DNA of 64,000 nucleotides from Lachnospiraceae bacterium (lineage in GTDB: Bacteria; Bacillota; Clostridia; Lachnospirales; Lachnospiraceae): positions 5,573 through 69,572 of the forward strand of contig JAFLTD010000002.1 of assembly GCA_022510625.1 (NCBI GenBank). The letters run 5' to 3'. The position numbers were made by a program, and so were the translations under genes. Position 1 is the stretch's first letter. Each line of letters starts with the position of its first letter. Under the pieces are notes generated by a model, which searched no databases, was not told the origin of the DNA, and saw only the letters and a program-made list of their open reading frames with translations. This document shows, in pieces, positions 1-10,392 of this stretch.

Positions 1-2016
1 GTGGAGGATACGGAACACAATATTATAACGGAATATGAATACAGCGTACCTTTGCGCAAGGATAAGACTCTGATATGTGATATACTCCTCATGCTGTTTG
101 GAACTATAATCACTTATCTTACCGGTGTATATTACAGAAAAAGACCGGAGAGAAATGTACTGGTTACCGTGGAGCAAACGGTGAAGGCAGTCTGCAATCC
201 GATTATTGCGACCGCAGGAGTGGCAGCTTTTGTGGCCGTGTGGCCCTGCAGACTGTTCACGACCAATGTTGTGTCCATCATTTTTTATGAAGTCAGTGTT
301 GTTCTTGCGGCAGTGATGCTGTTCTATGCCGTCAATCATGACAGGACAGGCTGTTCGTCAGACAGAACGATACTGAACATTCTCGCTGAAAATTGGCAAA
401 ACTATTTACAGTCGGCGCTTTTTGCGGGTGCAATCTGGGCATGCTGTAATTATATGAACGGACTGTATGACATTCATCACACTGTGGCATATCGACAGAT
501 GTTGATTTTCTTTGCACTGGCAGTGATCGTGACATATAAGAGCAAAGATATTTTTAATCTTGTGAATCTTGTGTATGCGGCAGCGGCAATTGTTATCGGC
601 ATCCGCTATTATACCAACATGTCGGCAGCCTTGGAGAATCCGGGAGAGCTGGATGTCCTTGTATTGAAGCTCACCGTGTGGGCGGGTATTCTGGCAGGCG
701 CGGTCATAATCGGAACGATACGGTTTCTGGTGAGGGGACAAGTGAGGGATGTATCTGTCTGGTACTGCATCCCTGTAGCCGTGTTTTTCTTTTTGATTAT
801 ATGGTATCGCAACACAAGAGGATGGCCCATTTATCTGGTATGCTCCTTCGGGCTGTTTTATCTGAACATGGCGGCATGGGATAAGAAGGCGCTGTTGCTT
901 AAGAACATATGTAACGGTATCCTGATTCATTTTGGAGCGATGGTCATCTATTGTCTGCTTCACAGACCGTATATGTTTTTTTTCTACTACAGATACCCTT
1001 TTATTTTCCATACCGTGACGATATCAGGGGTGTATCTGGCGCTTGTGGTGACTGCAGCGCTGGTCAACTTTATGGACGCATACAGGAGAAAGCCGCGTCT
1101 TGTGGGTGTGTATAAAGAATTGTTTGTGCTTGGGGTTTCGTCAGCATATCTGCTGTTTACAGTGTCCAGAACAGGTTGTGTGGCGGTTTTTGTTATGTCT
1201 GTGGTAATTGTTCCCATGATGTGCTTTTCACTCAGACACCGGTGGCGGAACATACTTCAGAGCGTGGGAATGATTACACTCGCTGTTGTACTCTGTTTTC
1301 CCGTAATTTTTACGACACAGAGAATCATCCCCTCCATTGTTGCGCAGCCGATACTGCATGAGATTGAAGAACTGCCGGTAGAGATTATGCATGGAAGATA
1401 CATGGATTCGCTCTATTATATGACAATCCAACGTTTTGTTCAGATTTTTCAAATGAAAATGCTGGGTGTGCCGGAGGAGGATAGCCTGAGAGCAATCGAT
1501 CTGCGAACCGATGCCGGAGGAGGAGTGCCCGGAAACGGTCTTTTGACAGATGCGGAAGATATTTTGCTTGTGTCCGCAGTGGATACGGCGGCAGGTATTA
1601 CGGTGGAAGAGACGGAGGGATCTGAAGGGGATTCCTATGCGAACGGCAGACTGGAAATTTTCAGATTATATTATGATAATTTGAATAAAGTCGGACATGA
1701 TGATATGGGTATTATGGAACCGAATGGGCACTATAATGTTCATGCGCATAATATATATCTGCAGGTTGCTTATGATCACGGTATTTATGTGGGTATCGTG
1801 TTTATATTATTAGGCGCCGGCACGCTGGTGCAGGCGGCAATTTACTATCACAAACGCAAAGAGGACAGAGAATGTGCGGCGTTACCGCTCGCAATCCTGA
1901 TTGTGTTCGCTGTTGCCGGACTGACTGAATGGATTTTTCATCCCTGCAGTCCAATGGCATTCGGATTATTGTCCGCGATGGCACCGCTCCTTTTTGACAG
2001 ACAAAAGACGGCGTAG
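1..2016 (+). CDS. O-antigen ligase / O-oligosaccharyltransferase-like (Wzy_C/WaaL family) polytopic membrane protein; probably 5'-truncated by the window edge
   Basis: Many hydrophobic segments; SRTG motif after a TM helix; NGRLEIF and HAHNIYLQVAYDHG match the WaaL R..W/F and H-N-x-Y-L-Q loop motifs; ORF is open at base 1. Confidence 0.7.
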   Translation: MEDTEHNIITEYEYSVPLRKDKTLICDILLMLFGTIITYLTGVYYRKRPERNVLVTVEQTVKAVCNPIIATAGVAAFVAVWPCRLFTTNVVSIIFYEVSVVLAAVMLFYAVNHDRTGCSSDRTILNILAENWQNYLQSALFAGAIWACCNYMNGLYDIHHTVAYRQMLIFFALAVIVTYKSKDIFNLVNLVYAAAAIVIGIRYYTNMSAALENPGELDVLVLKLTVWAGILAGAVIIGTIRFLVRGQVRDVSVWYCIPVAVFFFLIIWYRNTRGWPIYLVCSFGLFYLNMAAWDKKALLLKNICNGILIHFGAMVIYCLLHRPYMFFFYYRYPFIFHTVTISGVYLALVVTAALVNFMDAYRRKPRLVGVYKELFVLGVSSAYLLFTVSRTGCVAVFVMSVVIVPMMCFSLRHRWRNILQSVGMITLAVVLCFPVIFTTQRIIPSIVAQPILHEIEELPVEIMHGRYMDSLYYMTIQRFVQIFQMKMLGVPEEDSLRAIDLRTDAGGGVPGNGLLTDAEDILLVSAVDTAAGITVEETEGSEGDSYANGRLEIFRLYYDNLNKVGHDDMGIMEPNGHYNVHAHNIYLQVAYDHGIYVGIVFILLGAGTLVQAAIYYHKRKEDRECAALPLAILIVFAVAGLTEWIFHPCSPMAFGLLSAMAPLLFDRQKTA

Positions 2017-2025
2017 GATAAAGAT

Positions 2026-3900
2026 ATGGATAAAACGAGAAGACCATTTAATGTAAAAATATTCTATAGAAGAACTTGTTTGATCATATACGATATCATC
2101 AGCATTATTTTGGCGAGTTATCTGGCGCTGTTGATACGATATGAGCTCGATATCAGCGCCATACCGTCGCATTTTATACGCCCGGTTGAGCGATTTATGC
2201 CGCTCAATGTATTAATAACAATAGTTATTTTTTATTGTTTTCATCTGTACAGCAGTTTGTGGGCGTTTGCCGGGGAGACGGAGCTGCAGAATATCGTTGT
2301 ATCCTGTGTTTTGTCTACGCTCGTAAACAGCATCGGACTCCAATTTTTTAAATTGTCGTCTCAGGCGGTTCCCAAAACATACTACTTCCTGTATATGTTT
2401 CTGCTGATCACCTGTATCTTTGCCAGCCGCTTTTCCTACCGCTTCTTCAGAAGCCTGAAGCATAAGCAGCAGAATAAGAAAAATCAAATATCCGTTATGG
2501 TGATCGGTGCAGGGGAGGCAGCAAATGCCATTATCAAGGAAATCGTAAACAGCAATTTTTCTACCATGGTCATCAAATGTATCATTGATGACGACAAGGG
2601 AAAATGGGGAAGATATATTCAGGGAATCAAGGTTGCCGGAGGGCGCGAGAAGATTGTGGAGTGTGCCGATGTCTACAGTGTGGATGAGATCATCGTGGCG
2701 ATGCCCTCCGCATCAAGAGCAGCAATCCGTGAGATACTTGAAATCTGTAAAGACACCAACTGTAAACTGCGCTCTCTGCCGGGCATGTATCAGCTTGTGA
2801 ACGGAGAGGTCAATGTCAGCAAACTGCGCGACGTGGAGGTGGAGGATCTGTTGGGCAGAGATCCCGTCAGCGTGGATATGGATTCTATTCTCGGTTATGT
2901 GCAGGGGAAGGTGGTGCTGGTCACCGGCGGCGGCGGATCTATCGGGAGTGAATTGTGCAGGCAGATAGCGGCGCACAGACCGAAACAGCTGGTGATTGTG
3001 GATATTTATGAGAATGCGGTCTATGATGTCCAGCAGGAATTGAAGGGGCAGTATCCTGAATTGGATCTGGTGGTGCTGATTGCATCCGTGCGCAACACAA
3101 ACCGTATGAATTTTATTTTTTCGGAGTATCATCCTAATATTGTGTATCATGCGGCGGCACATAAGCATGTACCTCTGATGGAGGACAGCCCCACCGAAGC
3201 AATCAAGAACAATGTGTTCGGTACCTTTAAGACCGCACAGGCAGCAGCCATGAGCGGTGTACAGCGTTTTGTCATGATCTCCACGGATAAAGCGGTGAAT
3301 CCGACGAATATTATGGGGGCCAGCAAGCGCATCTGTGAGATGATTATTCAGACCTTTGACAAGCATTACGAGACAGAGTTTGTGGCGGTGCGTTTCGGTA
3401 ATGTGCTTGGCAGCAACGGAAGTGTGATTCCGCTGTTCCGCAAGCAGATTGAAGCGGGCGGACCTGTGACGGTCACCCACCCGGATATCATACGTTATTT
3501 TATGACCATACCCGAAGCGGTGTCGCTTGTGCTGCAGGCAGGTGCCTATGCAAAAGGCGGCGAGATATTTGTGTTGGACATGGGAGAACCGGTGAAAATA
3601 TTGGACTTGGCGGAGAATTTAATCAAGTTGTCAGGCTATCGCGTAGGAGAAGATATTAAGATTGAGTTTACGGGGCTGCGTCCGGGGGAAAAGCTGTATG
3701 AGGAGCTTTTGATGGACGAAGAGGGCATGCGTGAGACGGCCAATAAGATGATTCATATCGGTAAGCCCATTGAATTGGACGAGCCGGAGTTCTTTGCACA
3801 ATTGAAGGAGCTGAAGGATGAGTGCCAGATTGAGAGCTCGGATATCAGACCATTGATTCGAAAAATTGTTCCGACTTATCACAGTAACGGTGATGAGTAA
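2026..3900 (+). CDS. capD: Membrane-anchored UDP-GlcNAc 4,6-dehydratase (CapD/PglF/WbpM family)
   Basis: 4 N-terminal TM helices, GAGEAA and TGGGGSIGSEL Rossmann motifs, HAAAHKHVP, ISTDKAVNPTNIMGASKR, GLRPGEKLYEEL. Confidence 0.93.
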   Translation: MDKTRRPFNVKIFYRRTCLIIYDIISIILASYLALLIRYELDISAIPSHFIRPVERFMPLNVLITIVIFYCFHLYSSLWAFAGETELQNIVVSCVLSTLVNSIGLQFFKLSSQAVPKTYYFLYMFLLITCIFASRFSYRFFRSLKHKQQNKKNQISVMVIGAGEAANAIIKEIVNSNFSTMVIKCIIDDDKGKWGRYIQGIKVAGGREKIVECADVYSVDEIIVAMPSASRAAIREILEICKDTNCKLRSLPGMYQLVNGEVNVSKLRDVEVEDLLGRDPVSVDMDSILGYVQGKVVLVTGGGGSIGSELCRQIAAHRPKQLVIVDIYENAVYDVQQELKGQYPELDLVVLIASVRNTNRMNFIFSEYHPNIVYHAAAHKHVPLMEDSPTEAIKNNVFGTFKTAQAAAMSGVQRFVMISTDKAVNPTNIMGASKRICEMIIQTFDKHYETEFVAVRFGNVLGSNGSVIPLFRKQIEAGGPVTVTHPDIIRYFMTIPEAVSLVLQAGAYAKGGEIFVLDMGEPVKILDLAENLIKLSGYRVGEDIKIEFTGLRPGEKLYEELLMDEEGMRETANKMIHIGKPIELDEPEFFAQLKELKDECQIESSDIRPLIRKIVPTYHSNGDE

Positions 3901-3954
3901 TATACGGGGCAGGAAGCCATAGACAAAAAGTGACGGAAAAGAGGCAGATTCCAT

Positions 3955-5091
3955 ATGGATAGAAAGAGGATTTATCTATCGTCCCCGACCATGCACGGCG
4001 AGGAACAGAAGTATGTGCAGGAAGCGTTTGACACCAACTGGGTGGCTCCGCTGGGACCCAATGTCAATGCTTTTGAGAAAGAGATGGCTGAGTATACGGA
4101 TTGCGGATATGCGGCGGCACTCAGCTCGGGTACCGCAGCAATTCATCTGTCCTTGAAATTGCTTGGAGCAGGACGGGGCGATGTGGTGTTTGTATCGGAT
4201 CTGACTTTCTCCGCGACATGCAATCCGATTGTATATGAAAATGCGACACCCGTGTTTATCGATGCGGAGCCTGACACATGGAATATGTCTCCGGAAGCGC
4301 TTAGGAAAGCATTTGAGAAATATCCGAATCCGAAGGCGGTGGTCTGTGCGCATCTGTACGGAACACCTGCCAAGTTAGATGAGATCATGGCAATCTGCAA
4401 GGAGCATCATGTGCCGTTTATCGAGGATGCCGCGGAGTCGTTAAGCAGTACCTATAAGGGGCGGCATACGGGAACTTTCGGTAAATACGGCATATATTCT
4501 TTTAACGGCAATAAAATCATCACCACCTCCGGCGGCGGCATGCTTGTATCGAAGGAGGAGGATGCTGTGAAACGGGCTACCTTCCTTGCAACACAGGCGA
4601 GAGATCCTGCCAGACATTATCAGCATTCGCAGATCGGATATAACTATCGGATGAGCAATATTACGGCGGGAGTCGGAAGGGGTCAGCTGCTCCATTTGGA
4701 GGAGCATAAAGCGCGCAAGAAAGCAATCTATGAGCAGTATAAGCAGGCTTTCTCGGACATTCCGGAGATTACCATGAATCCGCTGAATCCCGACGGTGAT
4801 GCCAATTGCTGGCTCTCCTGCATGACGATTGCGGGAAACAGTAAAATAACACCTGATATGATAATGGATGCACTGGAAGAGGTCAATGCGGAATCCAGAC
4901 CGATCTGGAAGCCTATGCATCTGCAGCCCGTGTTTGCGGATTGTGATTTCATTGCACACAATGCGGACGACAGCAGTGTAGGCGAAGATATCTTCAACAG
5001 AGGATTGTGCCTGCCCAGCGATATTAAGAATACGAAAGAGGATATGGAACTGATAATATCAATTATCAGGAAACATTTTATTGCTGATTAG
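3955..5091 (+). CDS. DegT/DnrJ/EryC1/StrS PLP-dependent sugar aminotransferase (PglE/EpsN type)
   Basis: SSGTAAIHL, EDAAESL, SFNGNKIITTSGGG (catalytic Lys), GYNYRMSN, GLCLPS. Confidence 0.93.
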   Translation: MDRKRIYLSSPTMHGEEQKYVQEAFDTNWVAPLGPNVNAFEKEMAEYTDCGYAAALSSGTAAIHLSLKLLGAGRGDVVFVSDLTFSATCNPIVYENATPVFIDAEPDTWNMSPEALRKAFEKYPNPKAVVCAHLYGTPAKLDEIMAICKEHHVPFIEDAAESLSSTYKGRHTGTFGKYGIYSFNGNKIITTSGGGMLVSKEEDAVKRATFLATQARDPARHYQHSQIGYNYRMSNITAGVGRGQLLHLEEHKARKKAIYEQYKQAFSDIPEITMNPLNPDGDANCWLSCMTIAGNSKITPDMIMDALEEVNAESRPIWKPMHLQPVFADCDFIAHNADDSSVGEDIFNRGLCLPSDIKNTKEDMELIISIIRKHFIAD

Positions 5092-5225
5092 GATAATAGC
5101 AAGAGTGGATGCGCTGGCTTATCAGGATACGATCAATGCCACAACTGAAAGAACTGTATGATCCTGAAAAACAGTATTGGACTTATATTTACGGTATGTA
5201 GTGATGAGAGAAGGAGAAGACGATC

Positions 5226-5870
5226 ATGTACAGGTTCTTTTTTAAGAGACTGCTGGACATTATGATATCGGGAATCGTTTTGATAGTTTTAAGTCCTGTG
5301 TTGATATTATTGGCGATATTGATAACAATCAAATTAGGAACACCTGTTATTTTTATTCAGGAAAGACCCGGTAAAAATGAGAAGATATTTAAGTTATATA
5401 AATTTCGCTCCATGAGCAATGCCACGGATGAGAAGGGTGAGCTTCTGCCTGATGAACTCAGGTTGACCCGATTCGGGAAATTGCTGCGTTCCACCAGCTT
5501 GGATGAGCTGCCGGAGCTTTTCAATATTCTCAAGGGAGATATGAGCCTTATCGGGCCGCGCCCCCTTCTGGTGAGATATCTTCCATGGTATACAAAGGAG
5601 GAAAGGCACAGGCATGATGTGCGACCCGGACTTACCGGACTTGCCCAGGTGAACGGGCGTAACGCCCTTGGTTGGGAAGAGCGGTTTTCCTATGATCTGG
5701 AGTATGTGAACCATTTGACTTTTCTTATGGATGTCAAGATTATCTGCATGACTGTCGGCAAGGTGCTAAAACGTTCCGGAACACTGTCGGGAGCGGATCA
5801 GACGGTGGCAGATTTTGATGTTTACCGCAAAGAGCAGGAGGTTGGCCGTGAGGGAGATAGCGCTTTTTGA
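5226..5870 (+). CDS. Small monotopic phosphoglycosyl transferase (PglC/EpsL-type initiating sugar transferase)
   Basis: KRLLDI, KFRSM, LDELPELFNILKGDMSLIGPRP, RPGLTGLAQV. Confidence 0.92.
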   Translation: MYRFFFKRLLDIMISGIVLIVLSPVLILLAILITIKLGTPVIFIQERPGKNEKIFKLYKFRSMSNATDEKGELLPDELRLTRFGKLLRSTSLDELPELFNILKGDMSLIGPRPLLVRYLPWYTKEERHRHDVRPGLTGLAQVNGRNALGWEERFSYDLEYVNHLTFLMDVKIICMTVGKVLKRSGTLSGADQTVADFDVYRKEQEVGREGDSAF

Positions 5871-6801
5871 AAGAGAACTGGATGAGACGCCGATACAGGC
5901 ATTGTCGGATTCCTACGATGACAACCGGATCTTTATGAAGAGGGATGATCTTATTCCTTTTAGCTTTGGCGGGAATAAAGCCAGAAAAGCTGCGGAATTT
6001 TATAAAGAGATCAAAAATGCGGATATAGACGTTGTCATGACTTATGGCAGCAACAGTTCCAATCACTGTCGAATCGTTGCAAACATGGCGGCGGGCATGG
6101 GCATTTCCTGCCATATCATTTCGCCCGAAGAACACAGGGAGGTATTGAACAATACCAAACTTGTGGCAGATTTCGGAGCATCGGTAGAGACATGTCCCGT
6201 TGACAAGGTATCAGAGACGATTGAGCATAGGAAAGAGGCCTATCGGAACGAGGGGAGAAACCCCTATTTTATCACCGGCGGCGGACACGGTAACCCGGGA
6301 ACGGAGAGTTATGTCAAAGCCTATCGGGAGATAGAACGTCAGGAAAAGCGGGGAGGCCTGTATTTCGATTATATCTTTCACGCGTCCGGCACAGGTGCGA
6401 CGCAGGCGGGACTTGTCTGTGGACAGCTTCTTTCCGGAGATATGAAGCGCAAGATTGTGGGAATCAGTATTGCCAGAGACAGAGAGCGGGGCGGAAACGT
6501 GGTAAAGGACAGTATCAGGGAATATCTGGCGGAAACTTTTGAGAAGTTGTACCGGGAGGAGGCATTAATCTTCGACGACAGTTATCGTCTCGGCGGTTAT
6601 GGGAATTACACGGAAGAAGTGGAGAAAACCATTGATTTTGTCATGCAGCGGGAAGGTATTCCCATGGATACCACCTATGTGGGGAAGGCTTTCCACGGAA
6701 TGCTTGGTTTTTTGAGGGAACATCAGATACAGGGAAAAAGAATTCTCTTCGTGCATACAGGCGGTGCACCGTTGTATTTTGACAGATTGACCGGAAAGTG
6801 A
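5848..6801 (+). CDS. PLP-dependent enzyme of the D-cysteine desulfhydrase / ACC deaminase family
   Basis: KRDDL..FGGNKARK (PLP Lys), GSNSSNHCR, SGTGATQAGL, HTGG; GTG start at 5848 chosen for the AGGAGG RBS at 5836. Confidence 0.85.
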   Translation: MREIALFERELDETPIQALSDSYDDNRIFMKRDDLIPFSFGGNKARKAAEFYKEIKNADIDVVMTYGSNSSNHCRIVANMAAGMGISCHIISPEEHREVLNNTKLVADFGASVETCPVDKVSETIEHRKEAYRNEGRNPYFITGGGHGNPGTESYVKAYREIERQEKRGGLYFDYIFHASGTGATQAGLVCGQLLSGDMKRKIVGISIARDRERGGNVVKDSIREYLAETFEKLYREEALIFDDSYRLGGYGNYTEEVEKTIDFVMQREGIPMDTTYVGKAFHGMLGFLREHQIQGKRILFVHTGGAPLYFDRLTGK

Positions 6802-6851
6802 CACCAAAGGCAGCGGCAATAATCAATGTGCGGTAAAGAGGGTATGTTAGG

Positions 6852-7835
6852 ATGAATATATTGGTACTCAGTGCGGGTACGCGGAATAAAGTCGTACAAT
6901 ATTTCAAGAAGGAAGTAGGGGAATCGGGGCGTGTGATTGCAACGGACTGCAGCAATCTGGCACCGGCTGTCTATGATGCGGACAAATTTTATCTGGTGCC
7001 GAGGATTACCGCGCCGGATTATCTGGATATCATATTGGATATCTGCAAAAAGGAACAGATTGACGGCGTGTTTTCCCTGATCGATCCGGAGCTTAGTATG
7101 CTTGCCAAGGAGAGGGAACGTTTTCTCGAGATAGGAACAACACCTGTTATCTCTCCGTATGAGCTGGTGGAGACCTGTTTTGATAAATATCGCATGTATC
7201 AGATGCTTAACGAAATGAGGATCCCGACCGGCAAATGCTATGTGGATAAAGAAACTTTCTATGCGGCGAAGGCAAACGGCGAGATTGCTTATCCGGTTTT
7301 TGTAAAGCCCGTCAAGGGAAGTGCAAGCATCAATATCAATCAGGCCGGCAGCGATGAAGAGATAGAGCTTTTCTTTCGCTTATATGATGATCTGATGATC
7401 CAGGAGTATATGAACGGGCAGGAATACGGGGCGGATGTGTATATTGATATGAAGTCCGGAAAATGTGCTTCTATTTTTGTGAAAAAGAAAATAAAGATGC
7501 GCGCAGGAGAGACGGATAAGTCGGTATCGGTAAAGGAGCCGGAATTGTTTGCCATGCTGCAGGATTTCGTGGAGAAGTGCGGGTTTAGAGGTATGATAGA
7601 TATTGATATTTTCCTGATAGACGGAGTATATTATATTTCAGAGGTAAATCCCAGATTTGGCGGAGGATATCCGCATGCCTATGCCTGTGGAGTCAATATG
7701 CCCGCCCAGGTGCTTGTCAATCTGGCAGGCGGGGAGAATGAGCCGCAGATTGGGGCATATCGGGAGAATATCTGTATGATGAAATATAATGAGATCAGCA
7801 TACGGGATATGAGCAACGAGACAATCGTCCCGTAA
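6852..7835 (+). CDS. ATP-grasp ligase (carbamoyl-phosphate synthase-like small ATP-grasp protein)
   Basis: CFDK, PVFVKPVKGSAS, MIQEY..G.EY, EVNPRFGGG motifs. Confidence 0.88.
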   Translation: MNILVLSAGTRNKVVQYFKKEVGESGRVIATDCSNLAPAVYDADKFYLVPRITAPDYLDIILDICKKEQIDGVFSLIDPELSMLAKERERFLEIGTTPVISPYELVETCFDKYRMYQMLNEMRIPTGKCYVDKETFYAAKANGEIAYPVFVKPVKGSASININQAGSDEEIELFFRLYDDLMIQEYMNGQEYGADVYIDMKSGKCASIFVKKKIKMRAGETDKSVSVKEPELFAMLQDFVEKCGFRGMIDIDIFLIDGVYYISEVNPRFGGGYPHAYACGVNMPAQVLVNLAGGENEPQIGAYRENICMMKYNEISIRDMSNETIVP

Positions 7836-7855
7836 AGGATAAAAGGGTTTGGAGC

Positions 7856-8935
7856 ATGAGTGACGCAAAGAAAATATTGATATTGGCCAATTCTGCCGGC
7901 GGTCTCTGTGATTTCAGGGATCAGTTCCTGGACAAGCTGGCGATGAAACATACCGTGGCGGTCAGTGTCCCTGATGATGTCAAGAAAGAGGAACTGGTGG
8001 CAAGAGGTTTTCAGGTATACAAAACGCCGATCAACCGTAGAGGAATCAATCCGATCGAGGATTTAAAGCTCTGTTTATCTTACGGAAAGCTGATGAAGCA
8101 GGTGAAGCCGGACATGGTGATTACCTATACGATCAAGCCCAATATTTACGGGGGCGTGTGTGCCGCTGTACGCCGCATTCCCTGTATAGCGACGATTACG
8201 GGCTTAGGCGGCGCTTTTGATAAAAGGGGACCGCTTCTTTGGCTTGTTATTTTCCTGTACAGGCTCGGTCTGCGTAAGGATGCGTGTGTTTTCTTCCAGA
8301 ATGAAGAGAACAGAGGGATTTTTCGTAAGTACGGAATTCACGGTAAAAAGGACAGGCTTGTTATGGGCTCCGGTGTCAATTTGAGCCGTCATCCATATGA
8401 ACCTTATCCGCAGAGCGAGGAAGTACACTTCCTATTTATGGGAAGGGTGATGAAAGAGCGGGGGATTCTGGAATATCTGGAGGCTGCCAAACGTCTACAT
8501 AGCGATACCGTGTTCTTTGATATTATGGGATATTGTGACGAGGACTATGAGGATATGCTGAATGAGTTGGAGAAGCAGGGAATTATCAGGCAGATTGGTT
8601 TCCAGACGGAGGTAGCTCCCTATCTGGCAGCCACGAGCGCCGTCGTGATAGCCTCTTTCCACGAAGGAATGTCCAACGCACTGCTTGAGGCGGCAGCCAC
8701 GGGAAGACCGGTGATCGCTTCCAGGATCAGCGGGTGCAGGGAGGCATATGAAGAGGGCATAACAGGTTTCGGATTCACTCCGGGGCGTGCGGATGAATTG
8801 ATAGAGGCGATGAAGAAGTTTCTGGCACTTTCAACAGAAGAGCGGGCCCAAATGGGGCGTGCGGGGCGTAAGAAGATGGAAGCCGAATTTGACAGACAGA
8901 TAATTGCGGATGCCTATATGGAAGAAGTAGGCTAG
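7856..8935 (+). CDS. GT4 glycosyltransferase (CapM/PglA/WbtD-like)
   Basis: YTIKPNIYG, ITGLG, GSGVNL, GRVMKERG, EGMSNALLEAAATGRP. Confidence 0.9.
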   Translation: MSDAKKILILANSAGGLCDFRDQFLDKLAMKHTVAVSVPDDVKKEELVARGFQVYKTPINRRGINPIEDLKLCLSYGKLMKQVKPDMVITYTIKPNIYGGVCAAVRRIPCIATITGLGGAFDKRGPLLWLVIFLYRLGLRKDACVFFQNEENRGIFRKYGIHGKKDRLVMGSGVNLSRHPYEPYPQSEEVHFLFMGRVMKERGILEYLEAAKRLHSDTVFFDIMGYCDEDYEDMLNELEKQGIIRQIGFQTEVAPYLAATSAVVIASFHEGMSNALLEAAATGRPVIASRISGCREAYEEGITGFGFTPGRADELIEAMKKFLALSTEERAQMGRAGRKKMEAEFDRQIIADAYMEEVG

Positions 8936-9019
8936 TACAAGAAAGAGTGACAGTTACAGTACAGTGTGGAAAAAATTGTACAAGTAAAGCGCAATAGCGT
9001 GCGCGGAAAAGAGGAATAT

Positions 9020-10336
9020 ATGGGATTATATGAGAAAATTGCAGCGGGAGAAGAAAAAGTATCTTTAGTGGGTCTCGGATATGTGGGTATGCCGATTGCG
9101 GTCGCCTTTGCGAGAAAAATCAAGGTAGTGGGCTTTGACTTGAATGAAGAGAAAATCAAGTTGTACCAAAACGGTGTGGACCCTACCAATGAAGTGGGCG
9201 ATGAGGTGATTAAAAATACCACGGTGGAGTTTACGGCTGACCCGACAAAGCTTAAGGAGGCCAAATTTCATATCGTAGCCGTGCCGACCCCCGTAAACAG
9301 CGATCATTCCCCGGATTTGAGACCGGTGGAAGGTGCAAGTAGAATTCTGGGACAAAATCTGACGAAGGGATCCGTTGTCGTATTCGAGTCCACCGTGTAC
9401 CCGGGTGTGACAGAAGATATCTGCGTGCCGATTCTGGAGAAAGAATCCGGTTTAAAATGCGGCGTGGATTTTAAGATCGGATATTCGCCGGAGCGTATCA
9501 ATCCGGGTGATAAAGTACATAGGTTGGAGACGATTACCAAGATTGTATCCGGTATGGATGAAGAGACGCTGGATACCGTGGCAAAAGTCTATGAACTGGT
9601 AGTGGATGCCGGAGTTTATCGGGCGGAATCGATTAAAGTCGCGGAGGCGGCTAAAGTTATTGAGAACAGTCAGAGAGACATCAATATTGCCTTTATGAAT
9701 GAGCTATCCATTATTTTCCATAAGATGGATATCGATACACAGGCTGTCTTAGATGCCGCGGGAACCAAATGGAATTTCCTGAAATTTGCACCGGGGCTTG
9801 TGGGCGGACACTGTATCGGTGTGGATCCGTACTATTTGACCTATATTGCGGATCAACTCGGCTATCATTCCAGGATCATTCTGGCGGGTCGCAGGATCAA
9901 CGATGGTATGGGAAAATACGTAGCGGAAAGTCTTGTGAAAAACCTTATTAAGACAGATATTCCGGTGAAAAAGGCTAAGGTGGCTATTCTTGGATTTACC
10001 TTTAAGGAGAATTGCCCCGACACGAGAAATACTAAAGTAATCGATATCTACAACGAACTGGGTGAGTACGGTATCCAGCCTCTGGTGGTAGATCCCGAGG
10101 CAGATGTGGATGAAGCAAAGCGCCTGTACGGCATCACTTTTGGTACAATGGATGACGTAAAGGATATGGATGCGGTTATCATCGCGGTGGCGCACAGTCA
10201 GTTCATGGAGTTCACTAAGGACAGGATCAGCAGTTTCTTTGATGCGAAGCACTCGCAGAAAGTCCTGATGGATATTAAGGGTGTACTGAACAGACAAGAT
10301 TATATGACGGAAGATTTTCTGTACTGGCGTCTGTAA
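9020..10336 (+). CDS. UDP-N-acetylhexosamine 6-dehydrogenase (WbpO/TviB/CapL family)
   Basis: GLGYVG, VAVPTP, ESTVYPG, YSPERINPGD, GLVGGHCIGVDPYYL, FKENCPD; ATG at 9020 follows a GAGGAA RBS. Confidence 0.93.
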   Translation: MGLYEKIAAGEEKVSLVGLGYVGMPIAVAFARKIKVVGFDLNEEKIKLYQNGVDPTNEVGDEVIKNTTVEFTADPTKLKEAKFHIVAVPTPVNSDHSPDLRPVEGASRILGQNLTKGSVVVFESTVYPGVTEDICVPILEKESGLKCGVDFKIGYSPERINPGDKVHRLETITKIVSGMDEETLDTVAKVYELVVDAGVYRAESIKVAEAAKVIENSQRDINIAFMNELSIIFHKMDIDTQAVLDAAGTKWNFLKFAPGLVGGHCIGVDPYYLTYIADQLGYHSRIILAGRRINDGMGKYVAESLVKNLIKTDIPVKKAKVAILGFTFKENCPDTRNTKVIDIYNELGEYGIQPLVVDPEADVDEAKRLYGITFGTMDDVKDMDAVIIAVAHSQFMEFTKDRISSFFDAKHSQKVLMDIKGVLNRQDYMTEDFLYWRL

Positions 10337-10392
10337 TAATGATTTGGTATGGATGGAGATCAATGCATTCAAGCAGAAGGAGAATAGGATAA

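Noticed and set aside
3955-5870. wcfR-wcfS-like signature of a zwitterionic (AATGal) polysaccharide
   Set aside because: The aminotransferase N-terminus (IYLSSPTMHG...LGPNV) resembles EpsN/PglE rather than WcfR, and adjacent acylating enzymes probably cap the amine; a phylogeny is needed to exclude it fully
5848-6801. True ACC deaminase (acdS)
   Set aside because: Lacks the diagnostic Glu (DPVYEGK) and Leu (HLGG) residues
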